Positions 7,579-14,173 of a DNA stretch of 15,308 nucleotides are shown in pieces. The DNA is taken from assembly GCA_964645535.1 (NCBI GenBank), contig CAZYCQ010000067.1:1-15308 (forward strand), given 5' to 3'. Every line of letters begins with the position of its first letter. The stretch's first letter is position 1. The notes under the pieces are model-generated. The model saw only the letters and a program-made list of their open reading frames with translations. It was not told where the DNA came from and made no database searches. This stretch comes from an uncultured archaeon. GTDB lineage: Archaea; Asgardarchaeota; Heimdallarchaeia; Heimdallarchaeales; Kariarchaeaceae. The translations under genes and the position numbers were made by a program.

Positions 7579-8814
7579 ATGGCAGGGCTTTCATCGCTTT
7601 CACCAACCCGAACTTCCTATGGGCCAATAAAATTATCTCTTATTGGACTGATCCAAATGGCAGTGGCAATGGTTACTGTGGTTTTGGGTAGTTTTGTCAA
7701 TGCAGAAATGAGTTTACAAGGATGGAAGACAAGTCAAATCTCCATTTTTTTAGGCATTGGTGTATATTTCGAAGTTATCCGTATTTATTTTGGTAGATTA
7801 AGTGATCGAAAAAACAAGGTCAAACCATACATAATTTTTGGTCTTTTGATTTCTTCTGTGGGTCTGATTGCTATCCCCTTTACAATTACACCTGCAGGTA
7901 ATCTAAGTATCATTTTCTTTGTAATACTTCTTTCCGTTGGAACAGCAGTCATAAGCACACTTATTGATTCTCACGTAACTGCCATCTCAACTCCTAAAGA
8001 AAGAAATAAGGTTGCAGGAACAATTCAGGGATTGCGACTTGCAGGTTTTGCGTTGGGTGGCATTTTAGGATTTCTTCTCTATAGTCGGTTTGTTTTTGTT
8101 GAATTTGTTGCCATCATCTTAGGCTTGTATTTGTTGATGTCGATTATTTCACTCTTCAATATTTCAGACGCTGAAAGAATCATTATTTCAAATCGACGTT
8201 CCATTAACCTTTTAGCCATGGATTATCAGTTCCTAAAACAATCCACTACTATAATGATGATTGTCTTTCTGCTATTGTATCCTTTGGGTCTGTTCATGCA
8301 GGACAACGTCCTCGAACCATATGCTATCAATGTTCTAGGATTTGATAAGAGTGGTGTAGGTAGACTTTCCGCGATTTGGGGAATTGTTACTCTTTTGTTT
8401 GTTCCACTTGGAATTCGCTTATCCAACAGATTCGGTCGGATCTTGATTTCAGTAATTGGTCAATTTTTGGCTGCCACTGGTCTAATAATGATGGCAATTA
8501 GCGGTATTCTTGGTATCTATTCTTACCTATACGCGGGACTCGTCCTTTTTGGATCCGGTGCAGGTCTGTATAGTGTTCCTGGCATCGCCAGTATGTTTGA
8601 TGTAGCCGCGAAATCTCCTGATTTTCTGGCAACCAATCTTGCAATATTCGGAATTTTGGTCACCCTTTCAAGGGGGAACGCCGGAATATTGTCTGGATTC
8701 ATTTTAACAGCAACCAATGAGAATTACTACGTTGTCTTCTTCATAGAGGCTCTTATCTCTCTTATTTCCATACTGCCTTATGTTTTTCTCGAAAGGAGGT
8801 TGACAAAAACATGA
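7579..8814 (+). CDS. MFS transporter, PucC/BCD (bacteriochlorophyll delivery) family-like
   Basis: About 12 TM; MFS motif A FGRLSDR; PucC-type segments LIQMAVAMVTVVLGSFVN, KPYIIFG and MQDNVLEPYAINVLG. Confidence 0.8.
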   Translation: MAGLSSLSPTRTSYGPIKLSLIGLIQMAVAMVTVVLGSFVNAEMSLQGWKTSQISIFLGIGVYFEVIRIYFGRLSDRKNKVKPYIIFGLLISSVGLIAIPFTITPAGNLSIIFFVILLSVGTAVISTLIDSHVTAISTPKERNKVAGTIQGLRLAGFALGGILGFLLYSRFVFVEFVAIILGLYLLMSIISLFNISDAERIIISNRRSINLLAMDYQFLKQSTTIMMIVFLLLYPLGLFMQDNVLEPYAINVLGFDKSGVGRLSAIWGIVTLLFVPLGIRLSNRFGRILISVIGQFLAATGLIMMAISGILGIYSYLYAGLVLFGSGAGLYSVPGIASMFDVAAKSPDFLATNLAIFGILVTLSRGNAGILSGFILTATNENYYVVFFIEALISLISILPYVFLERRLTKT

Positions 8815-9218
8815 AAATAATTCCTGTGGTTGCGGGAATAGTCTGGAATGAAGGAAGAATTCTTTTGGCGCAACGGTTGAAAACTGACCGAACTTTTCCA
8901 GGGAAATGGGAATTTCCGGGAGGAAAAATTGAACCGGGAGAACATCCCAAAGATGCACTTAAAAGGGAACTTAAGGAAGAACTCAACTTGCAGGTTCATA
9001 ACTTGCGTCTTTTTGAAGTGACAACGGATTTTACGAAAGTAAATGGAAAGGATTTTCAGTTTCTGTTGATATATTATGAAGCTCAATCGGACACTAAAGA
9101 GGTGGTGGAACTTGAAGTGGAAACCGCCAATTGGGTGAATCCTGGTGAATTATTGGAATTCGATTTGACACCTGCAGATCATTTGATTGCCATGAAAATC
9201 AATAAATTGGACTATTGA
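8811..9218 (+). CDS. NUDIX hydrolase, MutT/NudG-like (d)NTP pyrophosphohydrolase
   Basis: Complete Nudix box GKWEFPGGKIEPGEHPKDALKRELKEELNL; N-terminal VVAGIV..EGRILLAQR and C-terminal PAD; ATGA overlap with the MFS stop. Confidence 0.93.
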   Translation: MKIIPVVAGIVWNEGRILLAQRLKTDRTFPGKWEFPGGKIEPGEHPKDALKRELKEELNLQVHNLRLFEVTTDFTKVNGKDFQFLLIYYEAQSDTKEVVELEVETANWVNPGELLEFDLTPADHLIAMKINKLDY

Positions 9219-9318
9219 TGTTAAATAATTTACAATTCTGCCTTACTTTTGTTATCATTGTTGCAATCTTTCACTTTCCCACAAATGGACATATAAAGCC
9301 CATCTAAACAAGAAAATT

Positions 9319-10860
9319 ATGTCATCTGAAATTTTTGAAAAATATCCTTTCCTCAAAGAACTTGGAATTGAGGAAATCAACCCTGGAGCATGTTACGGTG
9401 AAGATGGATGGTCCCCTGTTGAAGGACGAGAAATCATAGAGTCTGTCACACCAATTGATGGGACAGTTATTGCAAAGGTGGCCATGGCAAATGAAGAGGA
9501 CTATGAAATGGTGGTTCAAAAGGCAAGTGAGGCTTTTGAAAAATGGCAGATGATGCCTGCGCCAAAAAGAGGACTCGTGGTTCGTGACTTCGGTGACGAA
9601 TTACGAAAATACAAAGATGCTTTGGGTAAACTGATTACTCTTGAAATGGGTAAGATTGTTGTCGAAGGCAAGGGTGAGGTTCAAGAGGCAATTGACATTG
9701 CGGATTTTGCAGTTGGTCTTTCACGGCAATTATATGGAAAAACCATGCAGTCAGAACGTCCCATGCACCGAATGTATGAACAATGGCACCCATTAGGGGT
9801 CATAGGTATCATCACTGCTTTCAATTTTCCAGTTGCAGTTTGGTCATGGAACTCCATGATTGCAGCTGTCTGTGGAGATACCATGATCTGGAAACCATCA
9901 TCTCAGACTCCGCTCTGTGCAATCGCAGTACAAAAAATTGCAAACCGGGTGATGAAAAAGCATGGGTTGGAAGGTATTTTCAATTTGTGCATTGGTAGAG
10001 GTTCTGTAGTGGGAGAGAAAATGACTAATGATCACAGGATCCCTCTTATCTCTGCGACGGGATCAACACGAATGGGCAAAAAGGTTGCAGAAGCGGTTGC
10101 AAAAAGATTGGGTCGAACAATTCTTGAACTTGGTGGAAACAATGCAATAATAGTAATGGAGGATGCAGACCTAGATCTCGCAGTCAGGGCAATCTTGTTT
10201 GGTGCAGTCGGTACCGCCGGTCAAAGATGCACTACAACAAGAAGAATAATTGCTCATGAAAGCATTGTGGATGAATTGACAAATCGATTGGTTGATGCCT
10301 ATAAACAGGTTCGAATCGGAGATCCACTGGATGAACATACACTCATGGGTCCTGTCGTTAGCGAAACCGCGATCAATGATATGATGGCTGCAATTGATAG
10401 TCTTCCAATGCAGGGAGGAAAGCTTGTTTACGGAGGCGAACGCTTGGATCGTCCGGGTTACTACGTCACTCCTGCAATTGCACGTGTTCCTGGCAACACT
10501 CAAATGGTTTGCAGGGAGACTTTCGCCCCATTGCTTTATATCATCAGCTTCAAAGATATTGATGAAGCAATAGAAATCCATAATGGTGTCCCTCAAGGTT
10601 TGTCTTCTGCCATTTTCACCAACTCCATCAAATATGCGGAACGATTCCTCTCTGCAAAAGGAAGTGATTGTGGAATTGCAAATGTCAATATCGGAACGTC
10701 AGGTGCAGAAATTGGTGGTGCATTCGGAGGAGAAAAAGAAACCGGTGGAGGAAGAGAAGCAGGTTCTGACGCTTGGAAAGCATACATGAGGCGGCAAACA
10801 AACACAATCAATTGGGGTGATGAACTCCCCTTGGCTCAAGGTATTAAATTCGGGGATTAG
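9319..10860 (+). CDS. Aldehyde dehydrogenase family 7 (antiquitin / alpha-aminoadipic semialdehyde / P6C dehydrogenase-like)
   Basis: ITAFNFP, WKPS, ATGSTRMG, LELGGNNA, catalytic GTAGQRCT, ETFAP and the family-7 C-terminus GAEIGGAFGGEKETGGGREAGSDAWKAYMRRQTNTINW. ATATAAAG at 9291-9298. Confidence 0.94.
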   Translation: MSSEIFEKYPFLKELGIEEINPGACYGEDGWSPVEGREIIESVTPIDGTVIAKVAMANEEDYEMVVQKASEAFEKWQMMPAPKRGLVVRDFGDELRKYKDALGKLITLEMGKIVVEGKGEVQEAIDIADFAVGLSRQLYGKTMQSERPMHRMYEQWHPLGVIGIITAFNFPVAVWSWNSMIAAVCGDTMIWKPSSQTPLCAIAVQKIANRVMKKHGLEGIFNLCIGRGSVVGEKMTNDHRIPLISATGSTRMGKKVAEAVAKRLGRTILELGGNNAIIVMEDADLDLAVRAILFGAVGTAGQRCTTTRRIIAHESIVDELTNRLVDAYKQVRIGDPLDEHTLMGPVVSETAINDMMAAIDSLPMQGGKLVYGGERLDRPGYYVTPAIARVPGNTQMVCRETFAPLLYIISFKDIDEAIEIHNGVPQGLSSAIFTNSIKYAERFLSAKGSDCGIANVNIGTSGAEIGGAFGGEKETGGGREAGSDAWKAYMRRQTNTINWGDELPLAQGIKFGD

Positions 10861-11166
10861 TTACCAAGAATCTCCCAACAACTTTCATTCTGAAAGGTCT
10901 TAAAATTTCATTTCCATATGCAGTTAACGGTTGTTCATCACACTATTTTCAGCAAGGGAAAAATACTGAAGATTCTGCTTATTTAATTCTACTGGCATTT
11001 TTATCGTTTTTCAGTCAGTTGAGTGGTCAATTGGATTTTCATTTCGGACCTCCTTAAACAACTGACAAAGATGGCAGATTAGGTAGATACCTTCTAAAAT
11101 ATCCAAAGACTTTTACGTTTGTAGCTGAAAAAAGGCAAAGGGAGTTCTTCAATCCATGAAAACACT

Positions 11167-11175
11167 AAAAAAAAA
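11167..11175 (-). terminator. Putative oligo-T terminator of the Lrp/AsnC gene
   Basis: T9 run on the minus strand about 35 nt downstream of the stop at 11209. Confidence 0.5.
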
Positions 11176-11208
11176 CTATTGTGGGGGTTATATTGAAGTT
11201 CTACATTT

Positions 11209-11442
11209 TTATTCATCAGCTGCAATCATTGTCATAGTTTTACGAATGCCTTCTATATTTCTGATTCTATCACTAACACCTTCTCTAATTGCCTTCAAGT
11301 CTGGTGCCTCAACTTTGGCTATTATGTCGTAAATACCATATACCATATCTACTTCCTTGACTTCTGACAAGGTTTTCAGCTTTTCAACGACTTCATCTTC
11401 TTTAGAGACGTCGGTGTTGATTAGGATGAATGCGATTGCTAT
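11209..11442 (-). CDS. Stand-alone Lrp/AsnC ligand-binding (RAM) domain protein, 77 aa, ATA start; not in the ORF track
   Basis: Hand translation (M)AIAFILINTDVSKEDEVVEKLKTLSEVKEVDMVYGIYDIIAKVEAPDLKAIREGVSDRIRNIEGIRKTMTMIAADE*. Has the typical AFILI, V.EV..VYG.YDII.KV and I..I.GI..T.TMI motifs; SD AGGAGG at 11455-11450, 7 nt before the ATA. Confidence 0.9.
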   Translation of the reverse strand: MAIAFILINTDVSKEDEVVEKLKTLSEVKEVDMVYGIYDIIAKVEAPDLKAIREGVSDRIRNIEGIRKTMTMIAADE

Positions 11443-11587
11443 ATTTATTCCTCCTTTGACATCATAATATTCTCAAAATTATATTTGAACTTTTTTGGTT
11501 GGGTGATGGAAGTCTATGTAATTTCGATTGAGCTTTGTGATTTTATTCTACCTTACCACTTTTATTATTCGGAAAGTTTTGCAACAC

Positions 11588-12580
11588 ATGTCGTTGTTGG
11601 TTGAAATATTTCGAGGAATCTTTTTTCTTGCTGTCTTGGCAATCTCTTCTGAATTCCTCGCCAAAGGTGCCGAAATTCTCGAGAAAAAATTTGGGGCGGG
11701 ATTTGTCGGTTCTGTCATTCTTGGCTTCGTGACAATGCTCCCTGAACTGGTCTTTGTTCTTGTGGCTGTCAGGGCAGGCGAAAGTGATGTGGCAGTTGGC
11801 TCTGCAGTAGGTGGCAATATCCTCCTTTTTACCATCGGCTTGGGTTTGGTAATCCTGTTGGCGCTTTGGAAACACGGCGAAATGATCCAATTATCCCATC
11901 TGATGCGTGATGACTTTTTCTACTTGTTTGCATCATCTCTGTTTCTCATTTTTGCTGCCCTTGATGGTTCTTTCGGAATTGTGGATGGAGTAATACTTGT
12001 TATAATGTATTTGGCATTCATTGGTCATCAATATTGGGAAACCAAAAAATACCCTGCTGGAACCCACCCAAAAGATGCAAAGCAACCAGATGTGGGTCAT
12101 AAGGATGAAATTGAGTCCAAAACACTGAAGTATATTGTATTTTTCATAATAGGTACATTCGGTATCTTGTGGGCTGCCGAACCCTTTGTCGAATCCATTG
12201 TCCAAATTTCCCATGAAACTGGTATTCCTGCTTTGTTTCTTTCTTTGGTCATTTCTCCTCTGGCTTCTGAAATGCCGGAAAAGATTTCCGCTTTGATTCT
12301 CACTCTCAATTCCATGACTGGAGCTGAAATGGCGGTTGCAAATTTTGTAGGATCTAAAATTCAAGCGAATACCCTTCTATTTGGAGGTATGGTTCTTTAT
12401 TTCATCAGTTTGAATGGTGTCGCTCTTGTGATTAGTTCCGTATTTTTGGATATTATGGTTGCAATAATCACCACTCTAGTAGGAACCTATGTGCTTTTGG
12501 ACTTAAAGTTGAAGAAAAGTGAAGGTATACTGATATCATTTCTTTATCTTGTTGCTGTCACTGTGGTTTACTTTACTTAG
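11588..12580 (+). CDS. CaCA-superfamily sodium/calcium (cation) exchanger
   Basis: Two hydrophobic halves with alpha-repeat-like motifs GFVTMLPEL...AVGSAVGGNI and PLASEMPEK...ANFVGSKIQAN. ATG 11588 lies 20 nt after TTTTATTA (11560-11567), so it is preferred to TTG 11528. Confidence 0.88.
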   Translation: MSLLVEIFRGIFFLAVLAISSEFLAKGAEILEKKFGAGFVGSVILGFVTMLPELVFVLVAVRAGESDVAVGSAVGGNILLFTIGLGLVILLALWKHGEMIQLSHLMRDDFFYLFASSLFLIFAALDGSFGIVDGVILVIMYLAFIGHQYWETKKYPAGTHPKDAKQPDVGHKDEIESKTLKYIVFFIIGTFGILWAAEPFVESIVQISHETGIPALFLSLVISPLASEMPEKISALILTLNSMTGAEMAVANFVGSKIQANTLLFGGMVLYFISLNGVALVISSVFLDIMVAIITTLVGTYVLLDLKLKKSEGILISFLYLVAVTVVYFT

Positions 12581-12626
12581 ATTTGGAAACCAAAAGAGCT
12601 TTTTAATTTTGGGACGATAACAAAAT

Positions 12627-13565
12627 GTGGATGATCATATCGCAGTTATTGGTGCAAAAGGTGTTGGAAAATCTCAATTCATTATGTCCCTGTTAGACAG
12701 ACCTAAAATTGATAATTTTCCCGATTTCTCTCTTGCTATCTGGAAAGGCGATAGAGATATGAACTTTGTTGAAATAGAGGAAAATAGGCTTTCCAATCAT
12801 TTGGAATTCCTTTCAAAGTGTTCTGCCTATGTATTGGTTCTAGATCCTTTTGCAAAAGATACCTCCTCGATCACCAACATTAGGGCATTCTTGATGACTT
12901 CCAAAAAGAACATCCCTGTCCTTTTTGTGCTGAATAAGTTGGATAAATCTACACAGACCCCGAATGTTGAACTTCTCAAGGAAATCCAGACTCTTTACCT
13001 TGATTTAAAGGAGAAAGAATATGAGGTGGAACTTATTGAACTTTCCGCATTATATGATGGCACTAGTGGCGTGAAGAAATGGTTAAACTCTAGAAGACAT
13101 TTATCCCGCGAAAAAGTTGAAAGGCTCGATTTGCTATTCTTTAAATTGGGTGTAGATGGTCCACAAACCATTTATTCCCAATTTCCCTCAATAATTTTCC
13201 AAAATAATGTCGCAAAAGAAGAGTTTATTCAAAATTTTATGATCAACACCTCAATTCCACTGACACAAGGGGACTCTTACCCTAATGGTGTTTTTATATT
13301 GCCATGTGGTTTGTCAACGGGCTTAAGAGCGATCACTCTAGCTTGGAGAATGAAGGATTTTGATGAAAATAGGGATCTTAGATTGGAGCAGGGATTGTTT
13401 TTTTTGAGTGTTTTTTGTCCACCTACGTCTAGACTTCTCTCTTATTCGTATTTTCTTCTAGAATCCCGTTTCAATAGATTGGACTGTTTGAAACCTGAAT
13501 TGGTTGAAAATCCTTTGGATTTCATTTATCAAACCTTATCTCAGTTGTTTCCTGAAATTTTATGA
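12627..13565 (+). CDS. Ras-superfamily-like GTPase domain (degenerate G3) fused to a C-terminal longin/uDENN-like domain
   Basis: G1 GAKGVGKS, G4 NKLD, G5 SAL; the G3 position reads FVEIEE instead of DxxG. The C-terminal 150 aa start with LLFFKLGVDGPQTIYSQFP. GTPase part is confident, longin call is inferred. Confidence 0.75.
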   Translation: MDDHIAVIGAKGVGKSQFIMSLLDRPKIDNFPDFSLAIWKGDRDMNFVEIEENRLSNHLEFLSKCSAYVLVLDPFAKDTSSITNIRAFLMTSKKNIPVLFVLNKLDKSTQTPNVELLKEIQTLYLDLKEKEYEVELIELSALYDGTSGVKKWLNSRRHLSREKVERLDLLFFKLGVDGPQTIYSQFPSIIFQNNVAKEEFIQNFMINTSIPLTQGDSYPNGVFILPCGLSTGLRAITLAWRMKDFDENRDLRLEQGLFFLSVFCPPTSRLLSYSYFLLESRFNRLDCLKPELVENPLDFIYQTLSQLFPEIL

Positions 13566-13578
13566 GTTTGGTATAAGG

Positions 13579-13597
13579 TTGGACAAAATTGGACAAA
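13579..13597 (+). repeat. Tandem TTGGACAAA direct repeat, 10-bp period
   Basis: Copies at 13579-13587 and 13589-13597 in the intergenic region upstream of the Rab-like gene. Confidence 0.55.
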
Positions 13598-13661
13598 CAT
13601 TAATCATTTGGAATGGAAGATGTAAGAAAGGTTTTCAATTATAAATTTGATTCAATTATTA

Positions 13662-14171
13662 ATGGTTACAACTTGGAAAATTCTCGTTATTGGAGAAGGT
13701 GCTGTTGGAAAAACCTCCATTGCGACGAGATATACTACGGGAGGGTTTAAGGAAAGTCATTTGATGACTGTTGGTGCAAATTTCATGTTGAAAAACCTTG
13801 AAATCGGTGGAAAAACCATCAAATTGAGTATTTGGGATACTGCAGGTCAGGAAAAATTCAGGAAGGTTGTGGAATCCTACTATAAAGGAGGAAAAGGAGT
13901 CCTGATTTGTTTTGCCATAAATGATCGAAGATCATTTGATGCGTTGGACTACTGGTATTCCAGCACACAGAAACAATTGGGGGAAAACGCAAAATATGTC
14001 CTTGTCGGAAATAAATCTGATTTGGAAAACAGTCGAGAGGTTTCAACAGAAGAAGCTGAACAATGGGCCACTGCACACGGGATGAAGTATTTTGAAACAT
14101 CTGCATTGCAGAATAAGAATATCAAGGAAGTTTTTGAATACTTGGCAAATCTTATACTGCAGGAGGAATAA
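13662..14171 (+). CDS. Rab-like small GTPase (169 aa)
   Basis: G1 GEGAVGKTS, G2 TVGANF, G3 WDTAGQEKF, G4 GNKSDL, G5 ETSAL; RabF-like KLSIW, KFRKVV and YYKGG. ATG 13662 preferred to TTG 13647. Confidence 0.95.
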   Translation: MVTTWKILVIGEGAVGKTSIATRYTTGGFKESHLMTVGANFMLKNLEIGGKTIKLSIWDTAGQEKFRKVVESYYKGGKGVLICFAINDRRSFDALDYWYSSTQKQLGENAKYVLVGNKSDLENSREVSTEEAEQWATAHGMKYFETSALQNKNIKEVFEYLANLILQEE

Positions 14172-14173
14172 CG

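Noticed and set aside
2539-11027. 9-mer TTGAGTGGT shared by the two intergenic hairpins (2539-2547, 11019-11027)
   Set aside because: A 9-mer match is expected by chance, and its position within the two structures differs.
1905-12364. Short alternative-frame or antisense ORFs inside purB, the zinc-ribbon gene, the MFS, NUDIX, ALDH and exchanger genes
   Set aside because: Nested in or overlapping well-supported CDSs; no recognisable motifs or initiation signals.
12627-13565. Calling the fusion a bona fide Rag/Gtr GTPase
   Set aside because: G4 is NKLD rather than the Rag-type HKxD, G3 is degenerate, and the C-terminal domain looks longin-like rather than roadblock.
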